Source: Eledone cirrhosa
Lineage: Eukaryota
DNA: 64,000 nt
NCBI GenBank assembly: GCA_964016885.1
Contig: OZ024741.1
Location: 88,908,001-88,972,000 of the forward strand
Direction of reading: 5' to 3'
Part shown: piece after piece, positions 41,514-53,269 of the stretch
How the letters are laid out: every line of letters starts with the position of its first letter
Position numbering within the stretch: the stretch's first letter is position 1
Translations under genes and position numbers: made by a program
Notes under the pieces: generated by a model
Databases searched by the model: none
What the model saw: only the letters and a program-made list of their open reading frames with translations
Told to the model about the DNA's origin: nothing

Positions 41514-42354
41514 ATTAAGTAAATAGACGTGAAGTAGGATGTCCTCCAGCGGTAATCCAAGAGATGACGTTCGGACAGTGGTCAGAAGAGAAATGTGGTA
41601 AGTAGGTCAAAGCCAGAGGAATTTAAGAAGTGGGGAATAAGGTTATGTGTGTATGTAATGCAAAGTGGTAATGGTTAGGAATATGGGTTAAAGTCAAGAA
41701 TAATTCAATGTAACAAAACAGGAGGAAATATTGTTAGTCCTGTGGCCTGGTTAGTGTTAACAATGAGTATCCGAAAGAATTTTTAGAGACAAAAGCATTG
41801 GATGATGATGGTGTGTGTGTGTGTATGTGTGTGCCTGTGCCTGTGTATGTGTGTGCGTGTGCTTGAATTGATGTGAGTGCGTATGTGGGTCTGGTCGATG
41901 AATGTCAATGAAATCAATGAAATACCATCACTTCTATAGTTTCGTCCCTCAATACTTCTGTGTTCTGCGTAGAAGGGCTGTCAGTGACTAAGAGCGAGGC
42001 TTTAGTCTTTTCATATTGATATATATTTGATGCACTGCAATTGTAAAGAGTAGGAAGGAGTGCAAAATGTGGTCATAGTCAATACTGAGTCGACAACAAC
42101 CATTATATATATATATAAATGAAAAGTATAGAAATTATTGTAGCAAGAAGCCAACAGTATTCCATAATATATAAGTGACTATAGCGTCAAAATGGAAAAA
42201 TAGTTAACGTAAGATGTGGGGAAATAATTCAAACTCAATTCAAAAAGAATCAGGATATAGATTCATCCACAGAATTTGGTGGAATCCAGGGAAAAATCAA
42301 TAGAGCCTTAACTCAGAATAAAATAAAGTTTAAAATACTCATCCTTCAATATAT

Positions 42355-42423
<69 letters not shown>

Positions 42424-43008
42424 CATATAAATGTAATCTGAGTTTTTCGAATATTAGTAATAATATTCGTTTCGTTTGCAATTATGCAACCAGCCTCTTT
42501 AAGCCATGTTAGTAGAATGACCTCGTCATTCTTGCTCCTGTGTTGTTATATATATATACATTAATTGTTAGAGAATACAGCAACAAATTCTTGAACAAAT
42601 ATATTTATTGGTTAACAATTGTAAATATATTTGTAAATATATCTGTTCAAGAATTTGGTGCTGTATTCTCTAACAATTAATTTTTTATATTAACGCTCTG
42701 TCTGTACACTTTTTGCCTGACATATAATTCCCTCGCTTACTTTCATTGTTCGCTTGTCTTGCACTTTATACGCATTGAGCACACTGTCCTCTTCACCATT
42801 GGCTTACAACTAATCTCATATTTTTCCTTCTATATTGGTTTGTACACATACTTTTGATATATATATATAAGTTTATCCCGGGTTCAATCGGGGGTAACCA
42901 CAGTAAGTAAGGTACTCAATACAAAGCAGATTATAAATATTTAATATAGAAAGGCTTCTACAGGACTAGAACTGTTTCATTCACACATTCTCTCTCACAC
43001 ACACACAT

Positions 43009-43039
<31 letters not shown>

Positions 43040-43045
43040 ATATTA

Positions 43046-43997
43046 TATTTAGAGATTAAACTCATAGTCGTTTACAATTAATCAGCTCAAAGAAAGAGGC
43101 ATTTCTGAGCAGTGAAATACAAGTTATATATTAATATATATGATGAACACAAACGTGTTTGTATTGTAAGAGACAAAGTTAGCTAGCATGAAATAAACTA
43201 ATTAAAGTGAATACAATTTGTCTGTCTCGATATAAGTCAATAAAGACAAGCTTATATTGGCAAAAGCCGTGATTCCTGGACAAATTTAAATTTCAAAATC
43301 CAAACCCGCTCCGTAGATGAATTTGAACTTCGAAACCCAAATATGTTTCGCAACGATGGTACATGAATTGAAAAATAAAGAGAATCGAAATGAAATTGAA
43401 ATAAAAAGTGAAATATCCAAATCTTCTGTGCTTATCAACAGGAATCCAGTAAAATTAGTACATTCTACCTTCAGATTAATTGTAAACGACTATGAGTTTA
43501 ATCTCTAAATATAATATAGTATATTGCTCCTTAACTGTAGAGCTGATCTTTAATCCCGTATAAGTGGCTGTTATTTCTAGCACCGGGAATACGGGATGGC
43601 TAGTATAGCTGGCTACACCACATGTAATCAGACCTGCAAATTTTTTGAAGGTGGAATGTACTAATTTTACTGGATTCCTGTTGATAAGCACAGAAGATTT
43701 GGATATTTCACTTTTTATTTCAATTTCGTTTCGATTCTCTTTATTTTTTAATTCATGTACCATCGTTGCGAAACATATTTGGGTTTCGAAGTTCAAATTC
43801 ATCTACGGAGCGGGTTTGGATTTTGAAATTTAAATTTGTCCAGGAATCACGACTTTTGCCAATATAAGCTTGTCTTTATTGACTTATATCGAGACAGACA
43901 AATTGTATTCACTTTAATTAGTTTATTTCATGCTAGCTATCTTTGTCTCTTACAATACAAACACGTTTGTGTTTATCATATATATTAATATATAACT

Positions 43998-44002
<5 letters not shown>
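43046..44002. repeat. nested long inverted repeats
   Basis: About 43118-43472 is the near-perfect reverse complement of about 43646-44002. In addition, about 43040-43083 is the reverse complement of about 43473-43517. Flanked by (TA)n. Confidence 0.9.
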
Positions 44003-44056
<54 letters not shown>

Positions 44057-44063
<7 letters not shown>

Positions 44064-44787
44064 GAGAAGAGAAATACTGAGTGGTTGCACATGGGTTACA
44101 TATTATAAAATTAGTCCCTCGTCAGTGATTTGCCAACCATCATTGGTATTTCATCGCATTAAAAATCATATACCTCAGGTTGGTGCGAGCAATAACTAAA
44201 AAAAGCTATTGGGACAAGTGAGTCGCGTAAAGCGAGTGAGACAAGTAAACAACATAGAAGGATAAAGCAAACCGAAGATAGGAAAAAAAACAAGCAACAT
44301 GGTTATCCGGTCAGCATAAACTGGGTGAATTTCATGAGCGTTCAAAATACAGACCGTCCGACGTGAGTGAGATGTGAGAAAGAAAGAAAGAACCCCACTA
44401 CCAACGAAACGGGAGGAAGTGAGAAGGGAAGAAACAGAGAGTGAATGAGTGGAAGTGCGAGGAAGAGGTCAGTCGAGAGAAAGTGTAACTGACAGAGGGG
44501 GCGAAAGAAGGTGAGAGTAACAGAGAGAACGGGGGAGCAGTGAGAGAGAAAGAGAGAAACAGACAAGCGCAGCCGAGGTAAATAGTATAAAAAACATGAG
44601 AAGAGGAATACTGCGTGGTTGCACATGGGTTACATATTATAAAATTAGTCCCTCGTCAGTGATTTGCCAACCATCATTGGTATTTCATCGCATTAAAAAT
44701 CATATACCTCGGGTTGGTGCGAGCAATAACTAAAAAAAGCTATTGGGACAAGTGAGTCGCGTAAAGCGAGTGAGACAAGTAAACAAC

Positions 44788-44790
<3 letters not shown>
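44057..44790 (-). mobile_element. non-coding element with 200-bp direct repeats (534-bp period) inserted in (TA)n
   Basis: 44057-44256 matches 44591-44790 with few mismatches. The spacer is GA-rich on +. Each repeat carries the structured hammerhead-like motif. Confidence 0.8.
44114..44215 (-). ncRNA. strand-permuted hammerhead-like RNA with kink-turn (copy A1; A2 at 44648-44749)
   Basis: Core segments GGUAUA, GAAAUACC and AAAUCA-CUGACGA. Helices covary with the copy at 48837-48938. Confidence 0.65.
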
Positions 44791-44829
<39 letters not shown>

Positions 44830-45130
44830 ACTGTCAAGGGTTTCCACAGAAAAGATGAAGGAAAAAGAGCGCTCAAGTTATCAATACAGCTGAATTATTA
44901 TCAATGTCTGTTCGACATAGTTAATCACTACCTTAAGTTTCAAACCATGCCCTATATTTGCCATAATACTTTATTATGGTTTATTTGGATCTTATTTTCA
45001 TCAACCTGATGAAAAGCATCCCTAAGTCGATCATAATTATATTTCATAACTAATTTACTTTCAAAAACCTAAGATAGTGATCACCTGCATCGAACTATTA
45101 ATAATAGACTTACACATTCAGACACGCGCA

Positions 45131-45173
<43 letters not shown>

Positions 45174-45292
45174 CTTTCGGGCCCTGGGTTCCTTCTTTTT
45201 CAGCATAAAAACAAGTCAAAATCGTATCTATGCAGAATTGAAAAAGTGATTATTTTCGTTAACAATTTATTGTCATAGGCTTTACAATATTT

Positions 45293-45481
45293 AGCGGTGG
45301 GTTGGCAGTATCGGTAGAGGGTCAGCCATGCTTTGCAAGCAAAGAGTTACGGCCCTTTATGATCTGAGTTCAAATTCCGCCGAGGTTAACTTTGCCTTTC
45401 ATCCTTACGGGGTCGATAAAATAAAATACCAGTAATGTACTGAAATAATTGCTGGCCTTGTGCCAGAAGTAGAAACAATTA
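45293..45481 (+). mobile_element. Meta-like SINE copy
   Basis: A and B boxes, family core and tail. Confidence 0.85.
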
Positions 45482-45769
45482 TTACATGTTATATATACCT
45501 CTATTTACTGTATATATATATCACTTATATGGAAACCTGCAGTATCAAGGTAACATATATGGGTTTACTGCAGATCTGTCAACTCTCTTCGTCCGACGGA
45601 GAGATCTCCAACCCACTTTGGGGTGGGTTAGAGGTCATCTCTTGTGAAAATGGGTATACTTTTATTATGTAAAATATCCTCTTTTTGCCTCATTTCTCCC
45701 CGTTTTGGGGCACTTTATTTCATGGTACTCCCCATTGGGGTTTTTAGTGGTTGGCAAGTCTGTTACTGG

Positions 45770-45850
45770 TACCTACTGTGTTAGACGACCGACTTACGAA
45801 CAAATCAACTAACGAACGATCTCTTGGAACGTAACTCGTTCGTAAGGGTG
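45770..45850. mobile_element. Tigger/pogo-like MITE fragment
   Basis: Repeated CTTACGAAC/CTAACGAAC and inverted GTTCGTAAG sub-terminal motifs. Confidence 0.4.
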
Positions 45851-45891
45851 AAAGCAGCGATTCTTTGCTTAAACTTTAATCTGTTATTTTA

Positions 45892-45987
<96 letters not shown>

Positions 45988-45998
45988 GTATATATATA

Positions 45999-46036
<38 letters not shown>

Positions 46037-46066
46037 AAATCAAAAGATGGTTAAAAGAGTTCTATG

Positions 46067-46137
46067 TATTTTATTATGCGCATTTCAAAAACAAATATCA
46101 TTATGGGATGATATTTGCGTTCTCATCAGATAAAATA
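46067..46137 (-). ncRNA. well-formed type I hammerhead ribozyme
   Basis: TATTTTAT-CTGATGA-GAACGCAAATATCAT(CCCATA)ATGATATTTGTTTTT-GAA-ATGCGCAT-A-ATAAAATA. Perfect 8-bp stem I, long stem II, palindromic stem III and an AUA site. Confidence 0.85.
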
Positions 46138-46756
46138 GGGAGACATGATATGAAGCTTAAAAAACACTTGTGAGCAGTGAAGTGTTAAATCAACATATGA
46201 AAAATAAAATAAGAGGGAGATGTATGAAATTGGAAAAAAAGGAAAGGAAGGGGGAAAGAAAAGGTAAGGAAGAGGAAGAAAAAATATAATAATAAGGAAA
46301 GGATGGCGGAGGAGGAGTATAAGAAGGAAGGATGAGAGAGGAGGAGAAAATGAGTGAGAGAGAGAGAGAGATAACTTTTAATACTGAGAAACACTGTCTC
46401 ACAGAGAAAAATTTAAAAAAACCGTTGTAAGATAATACATAATTTAAAAAAATTAAGAAATTAAAAGTTAATGAGGTTTATGAATGGTGATGCTTATGAT
46501 TAAAGAAAAAGGAATTAATTAGGGTCCAAGTTTGTTTCTATATATTGTAATAGGAAAAAGTAAATAATAGATTTAAATACGAGGAAGGAGAGAAGAAAGA
46601 AAAAATTCAAGGAAGAAAAAATATATAACGTCAAAAAAATATGTTTACAAAATTTCTCTAATGGTAATATTAGTATATATTAAAAATAAAAATTTGTATG
46701 GCCGAGAATATATTGTGCTACAATAAAACTCACCTCCTACATATATATATATATAT

Positions 46757-46937
46757 ATTGTTATACTTGGGGAGGGTCATATTGTTGCAATATTATTGCC
46801 AGAAATAATAACAGAACACACTCACTGTTTGGTTGCTTTTCGCTTCTGTATCTTTTATCTCTGCATAGTTAATTTATTTGGCAATCAACGTTTATCATTG
46901 ATTGACCAACGGTTAAAAATACAGATATCTATATATC

Positions 46938-47010
<73 letters not shown>

Positions 47011-47600
47011 TCTATCAAAGTTCTTTCGTTGCACATCTGCAGCATCATCAGAGGTACTATTATGTTCCCTCCTATCGTATTGTATTGTAATGTCTATGCC
47101 ATTTTTGTTTAATTAACTCATTTATTTATTTTTGTCTCCGTCTCTGCGCATGCGTTTGCGCGTGTGTATAATGTTTGAGTGTATGTGTTTTGGTTTTTGT
47201 ATTCTATCTTTGTTTACTAGTGTGTGTTTATATGTGTTTGTTGTTATTGTACTTGTGTATATATTTATTTATTTATTTACATTTCCCTTAAGACAGTATT
47301 GTTTGTTTGGGTATGATTGTTGTTATTCCATTCGTTTTTTCTGTTTAACTTTGGTTTTCTAAGCTCTATTTCACTTGCTTCTCTGATTTTGCCAACTGTT
47401 AAGTCATTTCTATGTTTAGATATTATTTTAATTTCTATGTTGTCTATATTACCGCCATGACTTTGTCTGGCGTGTTCGTATAATACTGAACCGTTTTTTT
47501 TTTGTCCTCCTAATTCCCCCCATGCTTCGAGCTGTCTCACCAATGTATGTCGTTGTCTTGTTTCTGAAAGTACCCTCTGTACATCTTATGCTATAGACTA
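46757..47600 (-). mobile_element. Penelope-like element 3' fragment (GIY-YIG end plus 3' non-coding region)
   Basis: [29 protein letters not shown]...REASEIELRKPKLNRKNEW. Homologous to 58577-59430. Confidence 0.8.
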
Positions 47601-47714
47601 CATATGTATATATATAGTTCGGAATATCAGAAAACTAAAAACAAAATATTGTCAAACGCAGGAGTAAATGTTACAAATATTATTAGTTTCAATCTTAGTG
47701 AGAGTAGGGTGTGT

Positions 47715-47779
<65 letters not shown>

Positions 47780-48313
47780 GAACTTCATCATCCTCTGGAC
47801 TCCGGATGCAAAGACAAGTTGGCCGGCTGTATATCACTTTGAAACCACTCATCGAGATGGACACATGCCTAAAAGGAACGGATCTACGTGCTGCAGTGAT
47901 CGACCGACGACTCTGGAGCCTGAACTTTGTCCAGGCATCACCACCAGCTCAAGGCATCGGATGACTGAAAAAGTATTGGCAGTTGCACTAAGACAGCGCT
48001 TAAGCGTAATGGGGGTGTGTATGAAAGCACACACTATGTTTTGGTGCAATAAATATATGGTAGTCTCGCTATCAAAGAAAAATACATTTTCCTAACGGTA
48101 AACAATTTTTTGTCTGTTTTTCTTGATGGACACGTCACAAAGTATCAGTAGTAGTCGAGAATGCCAGACAGCGTTGTTTCAAGATCCGTTAAGCTTTGAT
48201 CAGTGACATTCACTCAACTGATATTGTCATGGAGGTAGTATATGAAGTGATTCAATCATGTATCGAATACCACTCTGATTTGTTGTCTTCCTGGCTTTTA
48301 TACCGCAGGCACT

Positions 48314-48350
<37 letters not shown>

Positions 48351-48352
<2 letters not shown>

Positions 48353-49010
48353 GAAAATAAAAAGTTACGGGCGAAAGAGGGTATTATCCATCATCAGTTG
48401 TCTGTTAGGAATCATCGATATTTTTCGCGATGATCGAAAATACCCTCTTTCGCCCGTAGCTTTTTATTTTCATTATACTTAAATGCAACCACACAGCCCT
48501 CCGTTTTATTCATATAATTTTCCATATCCGCTGTGACCCGTATTTTCTCCTTCCTTGTTGCTATCAACTCTCCGCCTTCTCTCTCTTTCTCCCTCTTACT
48601 TTCTCTCACCCCCTCTGCTAGCCACCCTCTCTTCGCTAGCTCACTTCCTCCCTCGTCCGCCACTGTAAGCAGTCTCTTTTCTCTCTCACACTGCTACAGT
48701 CAAGACGTGTCTGTGTTCTCTCTTGTCACACTTGTCAGGACTTATGTCCGAAAAGGGTTTGCTGACTTGATATTTTTCCTCTCTTTACGTTGCTTTACTT
48801 TTCGTGTCCATTTTTTTTCTCTCTCTCCCCCTTTTTATCCCAATAACTTATTTTAGTTATTGATCGCACTAGGTTGAGATATCTTGTCTCTAACGCGAAG
48901 AAATATCGATGATTCCTAGCAGACAACTGATGATGGATAATACCCTCTTTCGCCCGTAACTTTTTATTTTCATTATACTTAATTGCAAACACACAGCCCG
49001 CCGTTTTATT

Positions 49011-49011
<1 letters not shown>
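48351..49011 (+). mobile_element. non-coding element in (TA)n with 500-bp-period direct repeat and 5' inverted copy of its 3' end
   Basis: 48439-48510 matches 48939-49010. 48351-48429 is the reverse complement of about 48894-48974. An unduplicated-in-the-inversion 3' tail of ~36 nt follows. Confidence 0.8.
48835..48940 (+). ncRNA. strand-permuted hammerhead-like RNA with kink-turn (copy B)
   Basis: Segments GAUAUC, GAAAUAUC and AGACAA-CUGAUGA. Aligns without gaps to 44114-44215 with compensatory changes. Confidence 0.65.
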
Positions 49012-49043
<32 letters not shown>

Positions 49044-51753
49044 ATGGGTGTGTGTGTATGTGTGTATTAACAGTTTAACTTCACTCAGGGACTACCAGCG
49101 GTTTTATGACGAAAACATTTAAATGATCAGATCTATTTTGAGAAAAATGAAACAAGATGAAAAATGAAGTTTGTGACTTGCTGCTACGTGCCTCCATTAG
49201 TTGGTTGAGGTCACGGGGTGGTGTTGGTAAGACATTGATAGTGCAATGAAGTTTACGTTTCTGCACCACCATTAATCTCGCCGGGATCCAGCGACATTGG
49301 TTGTATGATCTCATTCTCATCCTGATAGCGTCAATGAGTTTGGTGTCGCTTCTCTGTATATGCAGCATCAAATAGCAATCATTTATTAATCTTTTAATAG
49401 CAGTATAGTAATCAAATACTATTTTTTGTTAAATAGCAGTATTGTTGGATACCATGTTGGTACATCACAGTGGTTAATACCACGTTGTTTCCTTCACGTT
49501 TTAAAATATAGAATAGCAGTATCGTACAGTAATCATTTACTAAACTTTTATTCACCGCATAATTATTACTCTCTAGTCGTATAATATTCCCTTTTGATAC
49601 CAACCATATAATACTTCCTTTTAACACCAGCCAAATAATACTCTTTTTTTTTTCATGCATGCCATATATTTCCTTTCTAATATCAAGAATATTATACTGC
49701 TTTGGTTCTATAAAAGGGTTCCTATTTAAGTAAAAAAAATCTTGTAACATAATTTCGTATAAGAACCAATAAATAATCAGTAATTTTAGTAAATCCCTCT
49801 AAATGAACTGAAATAAAGAGTATTTCATTAGTGATATCGTGACCAAAGGATTAATGCATTATAGTTAAGTGCCCGCTAATTGAGTTTGCGACCGTGTTGC
49901 CAGGTTGCCCAATGGCAAGTAGGCCCACGGTAGTTTTTTAAGGATGAATACTTTGCTTTAAAAAAATATCCTTTAAAAAATGTCTTAGAGAAAGAATAAA
50001 AATTTCTTTAAAATAAATAAACAAATAAAACAAAGCACTTGGTCAAACAATTCCCTGGGGAATTAATAGAAACCAAAATATACGATGCTGTTAACAGTTA
50101 GAATCATTGGCTTACTGTAGTATTCATTCATGCATACATACATACATACATACATACATGGATACACATGCATATATACACACGAGCTGCTGGCCAAATA
50201 ATTTTTTATATGAATGGTTAAAAACATGTAAAATCAATTAGTGGTTAGTTCTTCGGTCTAAAATCCCTAGGGAGAATGAGTCGCCAAATAATGTTTGTAT
50301 AAGTTGAAAACATGTATAAATCTATATATACACACATGTACATGTACACACATACACACACACTCCCACATATATATATATATATGGAGTGAATGTGAAA
50401 GACCAAAGGTCTCTGGATGTGTATACTTTTTATTGGAGAAGGTAAGAACGATCACTTGCATACTCTACTCTAAATAACAGTATACTATACATTCACAATT
50501 ATTTAGAAATTCAATTATAACATGCTGTATTAACATTTAGTATTACTGTATGCTGCCGGTAATATATACACTATAATTAGTAAAAAAATACACATTTTTT
50601 CTGCAAAAATTTGATTGCACTGTTTTGTTTTCACTTACGTATTTTTTTTTAAATGTTATTCATTCATTATAAAAATTAAATGATAGCATTCTATATATGG
50701 GTGGGCCCCCTCTATCTCCTGGCAACCAATATCGTTAGACCCAGCCCGCCACTGCTTACCATATGTTAGTAACAGACCCTCGCCAGATTGTGGAGCTTTA
50801 GGGTGGATTCAGAACATTCTGGGTGGACACTGATACCCTAGAGAATTTTTTGACCAGCCTCTTTCATTAACATTTTTTTTTTGATTTTTAAATTATTTTT
50901 TTCTTCTTTGTTCTTGTTTTAAGAAGAAAAGTTAAAAAAGTCATGACTTCAAGGAAGGTATTTCTGGACATATTTCTATAAACTCTATTTTCTAAATCTG
51001 AGGCACACCATTGAAATGTGGGGGGCAGTGCTATCTTACCCCCACTCTCTCTTGGGGACGGACCCAATTTGTATTCAGGGAGGGGGGGGGGGGGGACTAC
51101 ATGACTTCTATTTTCGATTTTCCCACGAAATCACGGCCACCAAAGATAGACCTCCGGCGGTTCCGACGATACAATACTAGTAGTTTCAAAAGCGGAACAG
51201 CCAGCTTGTAAATTTAATGTGCATGTGGGTGAGCATTCCATAGACACTTGTACCCTTAACGAGATTCAACATGTCTGAAATGGCTGGTCCCTTGAATTGC
51301 ATGGACAACTCATTTTTTGCCAGTTGAATGGACTGTAGCAATGTGAAATAAAGTATCTTGCTCAAGGGCACAATGCGTCACTGGGAAACCATACCACAGT
51401 CTCACCGTGAGTCGACCAGTGTAACCTCGCGCCTTCATAACAAACAATAGTCAATACTAAGCCGAAGCAAACATCATCATCATCATTACCACTATCATGA
51501 TTGCAACCAAAACAACAACATAATCCTATCACAATTACATACCCTTAGACACCCGCAACTACAACGACACTAGCCCCCCCCCCCCCCCACTCCACAATCA
51601 GCATCAGCATCACAAGAAATACTGTCACCGTAATCATTGCTTGACAACCACCATTACAGATATCATCGGCCATACAACCACGTCAACACCACCACCACCA
51701 CCACCAACACCAAATCACCACCACCGCTACTACGTCTACATTATGTTCTTACA

Positions 51754-52030
51754 GTCTGAGTTCAAATCCCGCCGAGGTTAACTTTGCCTTTCATCCTTAC
51801 GGGGTCGATAAAATAAAGTACCAGTAATGTACTGGGTAATTGCTGGCCTTGTGCCTAAAGTAGAAACAATTATGTTCTTACATGTTACAGCATAGTTACA
51901 TCCCTTTATGATCTGAGTTCAAATCCCTCTAAGGTTAACTTTGCCTTTCATCCTTACGGGGTCAATAAAATAAAGTACCAGTAATGTACTAGTAAATTGC
52001 TGGCCTTGTGCCAAAAGTAGAAACAATTAT
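51754..52030 (+). mobile_element. two adjacent 5'-truncated Meta-like SINEs
   Basis: The first is flanked by TSD ATTATGTTCTTACA (51740-51753 and 51869-51882). Confidence 0.85.
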
Positions 52031-52236
52031 CTTCTTTCATGTTTTTTCATGTTGATATCATTTATTAATATCTCTCTCTATAATATGAAACTGCAGAAGT
52101 TCGTTATGCCGACTCAGCAAGATAAAAGGGTTGTTCTTGGCCATAAAATATCCCTGTCTCCTGACAGGATACACACACATATACATATGGGTGTATGTGT
52201 GGGTGTTTATGTACATATTATATATGTATATATACG

Positions 52237-52306
<70 letters not shown>

Positions 52307-52401
52307 CGTATATATACAGTATCTATCCAGGAGATTCCAACCCAAATGGTTGCATTTTTTAAGGGTATGTCAATATTTATTTATAAAACTAACCTATATT
52401 A

Positions 52402-52467
52402 TATTTTATCTGATGAAAGCGCACCATAGTTTGCTCTGGTGGCCCTTGAAATATGTATAATGAAATA
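52402..52467 (+). ncRNA. type I hammerhead ribozyme
   Basis: TATTTTAT-CTGATGA-AAGCGCACCA..TGGTGGCCCTT-GAA-ATATGTAT-A-ATGAAATA. Confidence 0.75.
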
Positions 52468-52530
52468 AATTTGTTAATATATTGTATATATATATATATT
52501 ATATATTATTCAGAATATTAATAAATGAAG

Positions 52531-52595
52531 ACATTCACATATATATTTCGAAGGTACTGTGCTGTTTTTTCAGTACGTCCTCGTCAGATAAAATA
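52531..52595 (-). ncRNA. type I hammerhead motif with damaged cleavage site
   Basis: TATTTTAT-CTGACGA-GGACGTACTG..CAGTACCTTC-GAA-ATATATAT-GTGAAT. Confidence 0.6.
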
Positions 52596-52810
52596 CATGA
52601 ATTGATGTATGACATACCTCAACGGTCTTGATGGTTCAATTCCAGTATTGGCAGTGATTTATTAAAACAAATCTCAACATTTATATACCATTTATATATA
52701 TTAATATTCTGAATAATATTAATAACTCCAGAAAACTTCCTTGTAGAGTGCTTTTAATCTATTGTAAAACTATATTCATTGAGTAATCAATGAACCATGT
52801 TAATCTTTGG

Positions 52811-52921
<111 letters not shown>

Positions 52922-53075
52922 AGAGAGAGAAATAAAAGAGAAAGAGAGAGTATATAGTCGAAGAAAATCGGATTTGGGACAAAGTGGCCAGAATTGCGGT
53001 TCGGTTCTCTGCCGGCGTCTCTGTCTTTATTTTCCATTTCCAGGGATGTTATCAAATATTATCGTACTTATTTGC

Positions 53076-53186
53076 TGTTCAAATCCTGCCGAGGTTAACT
53101 TTGCCCTTCATCCTTACGGGGTCGATAAAATAAAGTACCAGTAAGGCACTGGGTAATTGCTAGCCTTGTGCCAAAAAGTAGAAACA
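53076..53186 (+). mobile_element. truncated Meta-like SINE with 18-bp TSD
   Basis: TSD ATTATCGTACTTATTTGC at 53058-53075 and 53187-53204. Confidence 0.85.
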
Positions 53187-53269
53187 ATTATCGTACTTAT
53201 TTGCATTATGGTGACTATAATTTCAAAATTTACCAATACTTCGTGAGTCAACCACTCATGAATGTATAT

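Noticed and set aside
43317-43833. Identical ORF starts (MNLNFETQ...) on both strands
   Set aside because: A by-product of the inverted repeat, with no recognisable domain.
44125-44145. SECIS reading of AUGA...AAA...UGA within the structured motif
   Set aside because: The spacing is too short for a SECIS helix, and covariation supports different pairings.
50633-50790. Possible upstream TRIT1 exon (GTAAGT donor at 50638) with RFX-like motifs nearby
   Set aside because: Short motifs expected by chance, with no coding or transcript support.
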